A stretch of 64,000 bases of DNA. Source: an uncultured Verrucomicrobiae bacterium. GTDB taxonomy: Bacteria > Verrucomicrobiota > Verrucomicrobiia > Limisphaerales > UBA11358. A model generated the notes under the pieces. The model was not told where the DNA came from. It did not search any database and saw only the letters and a list, made by a program, of their open reading frames with translations. The stretch covers positions 273,351 to 337,350 of the forward strand of contig CAVPTH010000009.1 in the NCBI GenBank assembly GCA_963708525.1. The letters run 5' to 3'. The position numbers were made by a program, and so were the translations under genes. Shown one piece after another: positions 7,138 to 16,778 of this stretch (position 1 is the stretch's first letter; each line of letters opens with the position of its first letter).

Positions 7138-8776
7138 ATGAATAACAATCCCACTTCAGGGCTGGTCATCCTCGTCGTCACAACTCTGATGCTGCCCATC
7201 AGCCCGGTTCGCGCGGCCAATACGAACGCCGTTTTCCATGTCGTCAGCACCAGTGACGAGCCGATGGTCCCGGGCAAGTTTGCGCCGACCTGGGATTCGT
7301 TGAAGCAATACCAGTGCCCCGAATGGTTCCGTAATGCGAAGTTCGGCATCTGGGCGCACTGGGGACCGCAGTGCGAGCCTGAGGACGGTGACTGGTACGC
7401 GCGGTTAATGTATTTTACCAACACCTCGCAGTATCGATTTCAGCTCCAGCACTACGGGTCGCCAGCCGATTTTGGGTTCAAGGACGTCATCCACGAATGG
7501 AAGGCCCAGAACTGGGATCCGGACAAACTGCTGGCCCTTTACAAACGCGCCGGAGCGCAATACTTCATGGCCCTGGCCGATCACCATGACAACTTTGATA
7601 ACTGGGATTCCAAATACCAGCCCTGGAATTCCGTGAAGGTCGGGCCGCGCAAAGACCTTATCGGCGGCTGGGCCGAAGGCCGCGCGCAAACAGGGCCTGT
7701 ATTTTGGCGTGAGCGTTCATGCGTCACATGCCTGGACGTGGTATGAGCCCGCGCAGGATTTCGACGGCAAACTGACGAAGGCCGACGGCCAGGGGAAATG
7801 GTGGGACGGTCTCGACCCGCAGGATTTGTATGCCCAAAACCACACGCCCAGCGCGAATTATCAAAAGGTGAGTTCAATTTTCAATCGCTGGTACTGGGAT
7901 AACGGCGCCAGCATCCCGGACGAGGCTTATTGCAACCGATACTACAACCGCACGATGGACCTCATTGAGAAGTATCGCCCTGACCTCATTTACTTCGATG
8001 ACACGGCGCTGCCGTTGTGGCCGATCAGCGACGCGGGTCTGAAGCTGGCCGCGAATTTTTACAACCTTAACAACCAGTGGCACGGAACCAAGGACGACGG
8101 CGTGCTGTTCGGGAAAATCCTGACGCCCGACCAGCGTCAGTGCATGGTGTGGGACATCGAACGCGGGCAGGCAAATGCAATAGAGCCGTTGCACTGGCAA
8201 ACCGACACCTGCCTGGGCAACTGGCATTATGACCGGAAGATCTACGAGCGACACGGTTATAAAACCACGAAGACGGTCATCCAGACCCTGTCTGATGTCG
8301 TCAGCAAGAACGGCAACCTGTTGCTCAGCGTCCCCGTGCGCGGCGACGGAACCATTGACGACGAGGAAGTCAATATCGTTGAAGGTATCGCCGGCTGGAT
8401 GGAGGTGAACCGGGAATGCATTTTCGATACGCAGCCATGGAAAATCTTTGGCGAAGGCCCGGCGTCGGCAGGTGCGAAGTTGAGAGCGGAGGGATTCAAC
8501 GAAGGCAAAGGCAAACCATTCACGGCGGAGGATTATCGGTTCACGCTGAAAAGCAACACGCTTTACGCGATTGAACTGGGTTGGCCGACCAACGGAGTGA
8601 ACATCAAGTCGCTCGGCAAATCCGCCCATTTACTCGAGGGAAAGATCCGCAAGATTGAACTGCTTGGCAGCGGAGAGAAAATCAAATGGAAGCAAACCTC
8701 GGACGCGCTGGTTATCGCTCAACCGAAGAACGCGCCGAACAATTTCGCTGTCGTTTACAAAATCACGGCCAGGTGA
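7138..8776 (+). pseudogene. GH29 alpha-L-fucosidase with signal peptide, one +1 frame break near 7675-7683
   Basis: ORFs 7138..7746 and 7709..8776 join as ...DLIGGWAE / AARKQGLYFGVSVHASHAWTW. GH29-type motifs are KFGIWAHWGPQ and ALADHHDNFDNWDS. Confidence 0.8.
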
Positions 8777-8822
8777 GTTTGGCCGGCAGAACCATCCGCC
8801 CGGGCGATATTCGGGCCAACTG

Positions 8823-8896
8823 CGTAGCGGCGTCTCGGCAGAACGCCGCATTTCTCCGGCTTTTCGGATGGCGGCTTTCTCCCGAAAGCCGCTACG
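8823..8896 (+). repeat. REP-like element with CGTAGCGGC / GCCGCTACG termini
   Basis: CGTAGCGGCGTCTCGGCAGAACGCCGCATTTCTCCGGCTTTTCGGATGGCGGCTTTCTCCCGAAAGCCGCTACG. It ends 1 nt before the ribD ORF ATG. Confidence 0.85.
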
Positions 8897-10093
8897 ATGC
8901 TGGCAATGTCTGATACCCGATTCATGCGCCTCGCTTTGCGCCTCGCCCGGCGCGGCCAGGGGATGACCTCGCCCAACCCGATGGTCGGCGCAGTGCTGGT
9001 GAAAAGCGGTAAAATTATCGGCCGCGGCTGGCACCGGCGCGCCGGACTGCCCCATGCGGAAATCGAGGCACTTCACGACGCACAAAGACACGGCCACCAT
9101 CCCAAAGGTGCGACACTTTATGTGACCCTCGAACCGTGCAGCACGCAGGGACGCACGCCGCCCTGCACCGACGCCATTATTGCCGCGGGCATCAAACGCG
9201 TGGTGGTGGGCGCGCTGGATCCGAACCCGAAGCATTCCGGCCGGGCATTCAAGATTTTGCAGCGTGCCGGAATTGAAGTTTTTGGACTGCGCCGACACGT
9301 CGGCGCTTTGAAAAGCGGTGACATGTCACCGCACTCCAAATTAGCAAACGAATGCACCCGGCTGAACGAAGCTTTCAATCACTGGATCGTTCATCGCACA
9401 CCGTTCGTCACCGTCAAAGCCGCGATGACACTGGATGGGAAAATTGCCACGGTCAAAGGCGAATCGAAATGGATTACGGGCGAAAGAGCGCGGGCTTACG
9501 GAATGAAACTGCGGCACGAAAATGATGCGATTCTGGTCGGCATCAACACGATCCTGGCGGATGATCCGAGCCTGACGGCAAGGACGAAGATAGAGGATCG
9601 AAGAGGGAAGATAGCAAAGCCGGTTCGGAGGATTGTTCTGGATTCAATGGCGCGGACGCCGTTGAAAGCAAAAGTTGTGAGCGACAAATTCGCCCAACTG
9701 ACAACCATTGTGGTAAGCAAACAAGCACCCAAAAACCGTGTGGCCGTATTGGCCAGGCAGGTGAAAGTCCTGGTGGCTCCGACAACTGATTCAAAATTCA
9801 AAATTCAAAATTTAAAATTGGATTTGAAGTGGTTGCTCAAAAAACTGGGTTCGGAAAACGTCACCAGCCTGTTGGTGGAAGGCGGTGGTGAAGTGAACGC
9901 TTCCTTCTTGCTGGGTGGATTCGCCCGGCGCGTGGCGTTTTTCTACGCACCGAAGATTCTGGGCGGACGGGATTCGCTCAAAGCCGTGGCCGGTGAAGGC
10001 GCCAGGAACCTCAACGAAGCCCTCCAACTCCATGATATTGAATGGAAACAGCTCGGCCCGGATTTGTTGCTGACGGCGCGGGTGGCATCGTAG
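8897..10093 (+). CDS. ribD: bifunctional riboflavin biosynthesis deaminase/reductase RibD
   Basis: 398 aa. Deaminase zinc motifs HAEIEAL and TLEPCSTQGRTPPCTDA; reductase part VTVKAAMTLDGKIA ... LLVEGGGEVNASFL. The start may instead be the ATG at 8906 (MSDTRF). Confidence 0.9.
   Translation: MLAMSDTRFMRLALRLARRGQGMTSPNPMVGAVLVKSGKIIGRGWHRRAGLPHAEIEALHDAQRHGHHPKGATLYVTLEPCSTQGRTPPCTDAIIAAGIKRVVVGALDPNPKHSGRAFKILQRAGIEVFGLRRHVGALKSGDMSPHSKLANECTRLNEAFNHWIVHRTPFVTVKAAMTLDGKIATVKGESKWITGERARAYGMKLRHENDAILVGINTILADDPSLTARTKIEDRRGKIAKPVRRIVLDSMARTPLKAKVVSDKFAQLTTIVVSKQAPKNRVAVLARQVKVLVAPTTDSKFKIQNLKLDLKWLLKKLGSENVTSLLVEGGGEVNASFLLGGFARRVAFFYAPKILGGRDSLKAVAGEGARNLNEALQLHDIEWKQLGPDLLLTARVAS
9289..9332. 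repeat. double palindrome inside ribD
   Basis: GCGCCGAC-AC-GTCGGCGC (9289-9306) and GCGGTGAC-AT-GTCACCGC (9315-9332), 8 nt apart. Translated in-frame as RRHVGALKSGDMSPHS. Confidence 0.8.
9790..9824. repeat. heptamer array TTCAAAA x3 plus TTTAAAA inside ribD
   Basis: TTCAAAA TTCAAAA TTCAAAA TTTAAAA TTGGATT. Translated in-frame as DSKFKIQNLKLD. Confidence 0.8.
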
Positions 10094-10212
10094 CCGCGTT
10101 CGTGAGAACGCGGATTTTGCACTGATTGTCCGCGCTTTCACCAGCGCGGCTAAAACTGATTGGAAGCAATCACGACTCGACGGCGTCTCGCTCCGTCGCT
10201 AATTTGGCTTAA

Positions 10213-10824
10213 ATGTTCACGGGCATCGTTGAAGAAACGGGAACGGTCGAGCGCATCCGGCCGACTGCGAAATCCGTTGAACTGACGATCCGTGCCGCTA
10301 CTACCGGGCGTGATTTGAAAGTCGGGGGCAGCCTGGCAGTGAATGGTTGTTGCTTGACGGCCGTCAAGCTTGCCACGCGCGGCAAATCCCGGCTGGTGCA
10401 ATTCGATCTGCTTCGCGAGACGTGGCGGCTCACCAATCTCCAGTTCGCCGGGCCGGGTTCGCTCGTGAATCTGGAGCGGCCCCTGCGGGCTGACGGCGAG
10501 TTCGGCGGGCATTTTGTGACCGGGCACATTGACGGTCTGGGCAAAATCATCCGTTGGGAACGCGCCGGTCAGGACCACCTGCTGGATATCGCCGCGCCGG
10601 CAGCGGTGATGCGATATATGGTTCACAAGGGCTCGGTTGCCGTGGACGGCATCAGCCTCACGGTGGCAGCGGTTCAAAAGAGAAGTTTCCGCATTTGGAT
10701 CATTCCACATACCTTTGCCGTAACCGCCTTGCGTGAACGAAAGGTCGGTGATGCCGTGAACCTGGAGGCGGATTTGCTGGGCAAATACGCAGAAAAATTC
10801 ATGGCTGCCCGCCGCCAAAAGTGA
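10213..10824 (+). CDS. ribE: riboflavin synthase alpha chain
   Basis: 203 aa. MFTGIVEETG start and two lumazine-binding repeats (GGSLAVNGCCLT / GSVAVDGISLT). Confidence 0.9.
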   Translation: MFTGIVEETGTVERIRPTAKSVELTIRAATTGRDLKVGGSLAVNGCCLTAVKLATRGKSRLVQFDLLRETWRLTNLQFAGPGSLVNLERPLRADGEFGGHFVTGHIDGLGKIIRWERAGQDHLLDIAAPAAVMRYMVHKGSVAVDGISLTVAAVQKRSFRIWIIPHTFAVTALRERKVGDAVNLEADLLGKYAEKFMAARRQK

Positions 10825-11001
10825 CGTAACCTGGCCGACCTGCGGCGTACCTGACGCTGGGCGCGACCATTTGCGGACCGCCGGCACTGGATCGTTCTTT
10901 CAAAACGATTGATTTTCTGACCATGCCCGACCTGGAGGCACTCTCATCGCCGGCCCGGGCACGATTTCTCAGTTGACCCGCGCGGCTTTCATGTTTGAAA
11001 T

Positions 11002-11781
11002 TTGTGCATGCACGGTCCGCGCCGCCACCCACTCCGCGTTGTCACGCGGCTGGTGCTCCTGGCCATCTCGATCTTCATTGGCCTGGTCGATTATCTGTTT
11101 CATTGTGCGTTTTGCCGGCCCGATGCCAAATCAGCCGCCCGCGTGGCCTGGCTGCATCGCACCTCTGCACGGACGTTGCGTTATTTCCGGATCCAAACAC
11201 AGGCGATTGGCCCCGCTCCAGCACGCGGATTATTGATCAGCAATCATATGAGTTATCTCGACGTTCTGGTGCTTTCGTCACTCACACCCGCGGTGTTTGT
11301 TTCCCGGCACGATGTCAAACACTGGCCGGTCTTCGGCCAGTTCGCCGTCCTGGCCGGAACGGTGTTCGTCGACCGCACCCGGCGATTTCAGGTCGGCCAG
11401 ACCAACGATGAAATCACGGCGGCGTTAAATCAGGGGGCCCTGGTGGTTGTGTTTCCGGAGGGAACCAGTTCAAACGGGGAAACGATCCTGCCGTTCAAAT
11501 CGTCCCTGCTGGAACCGGCAACGAACCCGGAATGGCCGCTGGCCGTCGGCTGGTTACACTACGAAATTGATGACGGGGACGCCGGCCAGGAGGTTTGTTA
11601 CTGGGGTAACCACACGTTCTTTCCGCACATGTTGAATTTGCTGAGCAAACAACGGGTGCGGGCGACTGTCCACTTTGGGCGGGGTCCGGTGCGGAACGAT
11701 GACCGCAAGGAACTCGCGGAGCAGTTGCGTGCGGAAATTCTGGGGCTGAAGGAACTGCACAGGCCGAAAGGCGGGATTTAA
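11002..11781 (+). CDS. lysophospholipid (1-acyl-sn-glycerol-3-phosphate) acyltransferase family
   Basis: 259 aa. Acyltransferase motifs ISNHMSYLD and VVFPEGTSSNG. Exact start uncertain. Confidence 0.8.
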   Translation: MCMHGPRRHPLRVVTRLVLLAISIFIGLVDYLFHCAFCRPDAKSAARVAWLHRTSARTLRYFRIQTQAIGPAPARGLLISNHMSYLDVLVLSSLTPAVFVSRHDVKHWPVFGQFAVLAGTVFVDRTRRFQVGQTNDEITAALNQGALVVVFPEGTSSNGETILPFKSSLLEPATNPEWPLAVGWLHYEIDDGDAGQEVCYWGNHTFFPHMLNLLSKQRVRATVHFGRGPVRNDDRKELAEQLRAEILGLKELHRPKGGI

Positions 11782-11962
11782 ACTTGCTTTTGGCCAAAAA
11801 TATACTATGATTAAACGAGTTTATCATGTTTAATACGACATCTGTTGTAATATCTAATGTTGCTCGGCTTAATTCCTTGAATTGCAGCGAACCCTCCGGC
11901 CGTTGGTTTCCAGCACCCACATGTTCTCGCGAAATGTTGATCTCGTAAACAAGCCACTTCCA

Positions 11963-14411
11963 ATGCACGGACGACTGGCTGCGCACTTGGTGTTCCTGCT
12001 GCTGGCGCTGGTGCTGGCCGACGAGGGGCTGGCCCAGGTTAAAATCGTAAATTGTGATGCGCAGGCGCAGAGCCGTAAGCGCGGTATAGCCGTAAATTCC
12101 ATGTCCGCTGCAGACTTTGAGGCCGTGGCACCGGGCGTATCCTGGTATTACAATTGGGGTGCAACCCCGCTGACTCTGCCCGGCGATGTGACGATGGATT
12201 TCATTCCCATGGCTTGGAATGGAAGCTTCAGGGTTCCAGACGGCGAATCCTTCTTATCTCGCGGCGGGAAACCGGCCCTGGAGAGTATTTGCTCTCAATG
12301 AGCCAAATCTTAATGGGCAGGCGTTCATGACACCCTCCAACTCGGCAGTCACCTTCAAGCAGGTCAAGGCGATTTGCGATCCCTATAACATTCCAGTGAT
12401 TGCCCCCCACATGGCCGCTGGCTCCGCTCCAGCCGACAGCATTACCGCGTATGACCCAATCCAAGGGGCAGTTGTCACTTATACAACCCAGGGGCCTTTC
12501 ATCAATGCGTTTCTTTATTACTGTGCTCCAGCGCAACCGGGGGGCATGGCCACTCATATGTATGATGTCAACTCCGGTGCCGTTACCGGGATAACAGGCC
12601 AGATGCATACAGATTATCCCACCCAAAAAATCTGGCTGACCGAGTTCTGCCCGTGGGGCGCCACCAGCGATGCGCAAGTGCTCGCATACATGATCCCGGC
12701 GGTGGATTATCTCGAACGCACGCCTTGGATTGAAGGCTATTCCTGGTTTATGGCACGGTTTGACAATCCCTACAACAGCCTGCTGACCAGCAGTTCCGGC
12801 GTCTTGACTCCGGCGGGCCAAGCCTACGTACAAATGCCGGTACATGATCCAAACCTCTATTATCGTATTCCCGGGCGGCTCCAGGCAGAGCGGTACGTCA
12901 CCATGAACCAGATGAACATTGCGGCGACAACCGACACTAACGGCCTGGCCGATATGATATCCACCGCCACCGGTGGGAGTGTGGACTACAATATCCAGGT
13001 GGATACCGCCGGGAGTTATCCTTTGAACTTTCGCGCGGCTGGCACCACCGGTCAGATCAGCGTTTACGAGAATGGCACGCTCCTGGGGACGGCCAATGTT
13101 ACGAAAACCAGCTGGTCCACGGTTTCGACTACCGTCTCCCTGCCGGCCGGCACGCAAACGCTTCACGTGGTCCTTGCCGCAAACCCGCAACAAGTGAACT
13201 GGATGGAATTCCAGTCGGTCAATGGCCCGGTCGCCGTTCCGACCGGCATCAGCGCAACCGCCGGCAATTCCCAGGTGACTTTGAGCTGGTCCCCGTCCGC
13301 GGGCGCAACCAGTTACAACGTCCAACGTTCGACGACCGCCGGCGGGCCTTACACCACGATCGCCTTTCCAACCGCCACGAGCTATACGAACATCGGCCTG
13401 GTCAACGGCACAACTTATTACTATGTGATCTCGGCGACAGATGGAATCAACCTGAGCTCAAATTCCATTGAAGTCAGTGCCACACCCGTGGCATCACACG
13501 TGAATCTGGCGTTGAACCGACCCGTCACGGTGAGCTCGTTCCAAGCCAATAGCCCCTATTGTCCCGGAAGCTATGCGGTGGACGGCAATACCACCAGCAC
13601 CCGCTGGGCTACGGATTGGAGTGATCCGCAATGGATTTATGTGGATTTGGGGGCGGCCTACACCGTCACGGAAGTGCAGCTCTACTGGGAAGCCGCTTAC
13701 GCGACGAGTTTTCAAATTCAGGTTTCCTCCGACGCCGTAAACTGGACCAATAGCTACAGCACGACCACGGGTCTTGGCGGCGTCCAGGATTTGACGGGGT
13801 TATCCGGAACGGGGCGTTACGTGAGGATGTATGGAACGAAGCGTGCGACAACTTATGGTTACTCCCTTTGGGAATTCCAGGTCTATGGAACACCTGTGTC
13901 AGGCAATCAGCCGCCCACGCTGGCACCGATTCCCAACCAATCCATCCTGGCCGGGCGGACGTTACTGGTCACCAATTCGGCCAGTGATGCCGACATCCCG
14001 ACGCAGACCCTGACCTTCAGCCTGCTCACAGCTCCAGTCAACGCAACCATCAATACCAACAGCGGGCTTTTCTCCTGGAGACCAACCATCACGCAATCGC
14101 CCTCCACGCAGACGGTCGCCGTGGTTGTCCTGGACAATGGCACGCCCGGCCTGAGTGCCACTCAGAGCTTCACGGCAACGGTGATTAGACCGTCCGTTCC
14201 CGTCATTAATGCCGGGCTCATCACCAACGGCAACTTTGGATTCTGGATCAATGGCGACAGCGGACCGGACTATACAATCCTGGCATCCACCAACCTGACA
14301 TCGTGGGCTCCCATCTTCACGAGCAATTCACCGGGATTGCCTTACTACTGGGTCGACACCAACTCCGCGGCCTATCCGATTCGTTACTACCGGACCGTTT
14401 TAGGACCTTAG
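11963..14411 (+). pseudogene. secreted multidomain glycoside hydrolase: PF11790-like catalytic core, CBM6-like, Fn3, F5/8 type C, Ig-like and a C-terminal beta-sandwich; one +1 frame break near 12215-12240
   Basis: Signal peptide MHGRLAAHLVFLLLALVLA from the ATG at 11963. KRGIAVN...VSWYYNWG...FIPMAWNG in the first frame, then ...RVFALNEPNL...IWLTEFCPWG...GYSWFMARF in ORF 12219..14411. Fn3 is seen as VTLSWSPSAGATSYNVQRS. Discoidin is seen as AVDGNTTSTRWATDWSDPQWIYVDLG...YSLWEFQVYG. Confidence 0.75.
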
Positions 14412-14519
14412 ATCCGCTGATTCTCAACGGATGCTTGACAAAGTTTAGCGATGCGGATGAGACGTCCTCGTCGCGACTATTTTTTAAGCTTGCACGTGAA
14501 GACAACAAAGTTAAACCTG

Positions 14520-14867
14520 ATGCCGATGAAAAAAGTCCTTTGTCTGCTCATCGTCGCCCTCCTTTCCGGATGTGCCAGCATCAAGAGTGTGTCCGTAAAA
14601 GTGACTGAGCCGCGCCCGGCCATTTCCGCCAACGACGTCCAGCTTATGTTGTCGGCGCCCACGAACGCCGTCCTGCTGGCCGATATTTATGTCGAGGCCT
14701 GCTGTGCCTCGAAGAAGGAAGCCGACGCGGCACAGATGGAGTTAAAGAAGGAAGCCGCTGCTGTTGGAGCAAATGCGCTGGTGATCCAAAGATGGGAACC
14801 GACGATTGACTATTCCAGCGTGGACGACCATTTCCGGATCGAGGCCAACGCCTACTTTATACCGTAA
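14520..14867 (+). CDS. small lipoprotein of unknown function
   Basis: MPMKKVLCLLIVALLSGCAS has a lipobox LSGC. About 115 aa. The ORF-track start at 14451 is probably too early. Confidence 0.6.
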   Translation: MPMKKVLCLLIVALLSGCASIKSVSVKVTEPRPAISANDVQLMLSAPTNAVLLADIYVEACCASKKEADAAQMELKKEAAAVGANALVIQRWEPTIDYSSVDDHFRIEANAYFIP

Positions 14868-14906
14868 TCGGCAGCCGCGATCTCATGGCTGGCGGCGGGC
14901 GACCTT

Positions 14907-16778
14907 TTAACCCTTCATTGAAACGTCGCCGGTTTCCTTCGCTGACCAGTCCAGCCATTCGCTCAAGGTGATCAAGGTCCAGATGGTGCGGCCGTGCTCG
15001 GCAGCCCGCCGGCAATGTTCGGACAACAATTCCAGAGCGACGGTGTTGCGGATGCCCACGCAACCCAGTTGTGCATTGCTCAGTGCGGCCTCGGCCCAAT
15101 CCCGTAACGGGCCGCGCAACCAGCGGCTGAGCGGCACGGACAAGCCCCGCTTGCGACGGTGCACGATGGTTTTGGGCAGGTAACGCAGCGCGTAACGTTT
15201 TAGAAAAACCTTGGTCGTAAAACCGCGGACCCTCTCTTCCACCGGCAGCGTGGCCGCGAAATTCATGACCGCCTCGTCGAGAAACGGCGCGCGCAATTCC
15301 AACGCGGAACTCATGCTGGCCCGATCCGCCTTGGTGAGCAGTCCCTCGGCCAATGAACCTTCAAAATCCCATCGCTGCACGCGGTCGAGCAAGCCGCCGT
15401 TGGCAGAATCAGTGCCCCTTGGCGGCGACGGCGGCACGCCGAGCCGGTCCAGGATTTCGGGGGGAATATTGGAAGTCCAGAGCTGATGCCGGACCATGCC
15501 CTCCATTTCCACACCCCGCACAAAACGCTTGAGCAGGAAGAGCACACTGACTTTTTTTTCGTCCGGCGGGCGCGATTCGACGTAACGACGGAAAGCCTTG
15601 CGGAACCATGCCGGCAGCCGTTGATAGCGCTCGGCGATACCCGCTCCCAGATAGGTGGGGTATCCGCCAAAGAGTTCGTCTGCACCTTCACCCACCAGCG
15701 CCAGCCGCACCTCCTCGGCCGCACTTTTTGCCAGAAGCGCCGTGGGCAGCCAGGCCGGGTCGGCCAGCGGCTCGCCGACCTTTCGAATGAGCGATGACAA
15801 TTCGCCCCGGAAATCTCCGGGCCGGACCCAGACCGGCACCGGCTCCAACTTCAGCAATCGCGCCACTTCCCCGGCGAATTCACCTTCATCGAACGATTCT
15901 TCCTCAAAGCGCAAGGTGTAAGCTTTCAAGGGCCGTTCCGGATGCACTGAGCGCGTGACCGCCGAAACCAGCGACGAGTCCACCCCGCCGCTCAGGAACA
16001 ACGCGAAATCCACGTCGACGTTACTTTGTCGCCGCACCGCTTCGCGGAACACCGTGTCAAATTCATCCAGTGAAGATTTTTTCTTGGGCGCCTCTACGTT
16101 GTTCCAGCGCCAATATCTCGAATGACGGACACCGCCCGCATCAATTTGGACCAGCCCGCCCGGCGGGACCTTCCGGATGTTGGCAAACGGCGTGTCCGGT
16201 GAGGCAAAATAGCCGAAGCGCGCGTATCGCCCTAAAGCTTCCCTGTCCAACGGAAGCGACAATTTCCCAGCCGAGACGACCCCGGCGATTTCCGTGGCGA
16301 AGATCGTTTCGCCATCGGTTTGGGTGAAAAACAGCGGCCGTTCGCCCGCCCGGTCGCGGGCCAGGAGTAACCGTTGTTTCCGCGGATCCCACAAGGCGAT
16401 GGCAAAAGCGCCGATCAGCCTGCCAACAAAGGCATCGCCGAGTTCCAGATACAAGCCGGGGATGACAGCCACGTCGGTGGCTTGTGGCACCGGTCGGCCA
16501 CGTTCGGCCAGCCAGTGGCGCAAGTCCTGGTGATTATCGATCTCACCGTTGCAGACTGCGACCACGCCACTTTCCGGGTCCAACAGGGGTTGGCTGCCGT
16601 CCTGCAGGCCACGGATGGCCAGGCGCGTCGCCCCCAGCACCGCGTGGTCCGAAGCCGCCAGGCCGGAGTCGTCCGGTCCCCGATGCGAGAGCGCCTGCAG
16701 CATGGCGTTGGCCCGGAGCCGCACGGACTCCGGTTGTCGAAATCCCGATACGCTGACGACACCACAAATTCCGCACAT
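14907..16778 (-). CDS. asnB: asparagine synthase (glutamine-hydrolysing) family amidotransferase
   Basis: 623 aa. N-terminal nucleophile MCGICGV; synthetase P-loop-like LFLSGGVDSS. Confidence 0.9.
   Translation of the reverse strand: MCGICGVVSVSGFRQPESVRLRANAMLQALSHRGPDDSGLAASDHAVLGATRLAIRGLQDGSQPLLDPESGVVAVCNGEIDNHQDLRHWLAERGRPVPQATDVAVIPGLYLELGDAFVGRLIGAFAIALWDPRKQRLLLARDRAGERPLFFTQTDGETIFATEIAGVVSAGKLSLPLDREALGRYARFGYFASPDTPFANIRKVPPGGLVQIDAGGVRHSRYWRWNNVEAPKKKSSLDEFDTVFREAVRRQSNVDVDFALFLSGGVDSSLVSAVTRSVHPERPLKAYTLRFEEESFDEGEFAGEVARLLKLEPVPVWVRPGDFRGELSSLIRKVGEPLADPAWLPTALLAKSAAEEVRLALVGEGADELFGGYPTYLGAGIAERYQRLPAWFRKAFRRYVESRPPDEKKVSVLFLLKRFVRGVEMEGMVRHQLWTSNIPPEILDRLGVPPSPPRGTDSANGGLLDRVQRWDFEGSLAEGLLTKADRASMSSALELRAPFLDEAVMNFAATLPVEERVRGFTTKVFLKRYALRYLPKTIVHRRKRGLSVPLSRWLRGPLRDWAEAALSNAQLGCVGIRNTVALELLSEHCRRAAEHGRTIWTLITLSEWLDWSAKETGDVSMKG

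Noticed and set aside
8777-8896. FMN (RFN) riboswitch upstream of ribD
   Set aside because: The spacer is occupied by a REP-like element (8823-8896). I could not find the conserved RFN core segments, and the same element occurs next to unrelated genes.
10094-10149. Two hairpins between ribD and ribE (CCGCGTTC-gtga-GAACGCGG followed by ATTTT; CCGCGCT-ttcacc-AGCGCGG), considered as an intrinsic terminator or attenuator
   Set aside because: The T tract after the first hairpin is only 4 nt and the second has none. The two rib genes are probably co-transcribed. More likely this is another REP-like twin hairpin, with too little evidence to call a function.
11782-11962. The AT-rich spacer upstream of the multidomain hydrolase, considered as a foreign insertion
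   Set aside because: It is short, lacks repeats or ORFs, and is consistent with a promoter region. Nothing further is supportable by eye.
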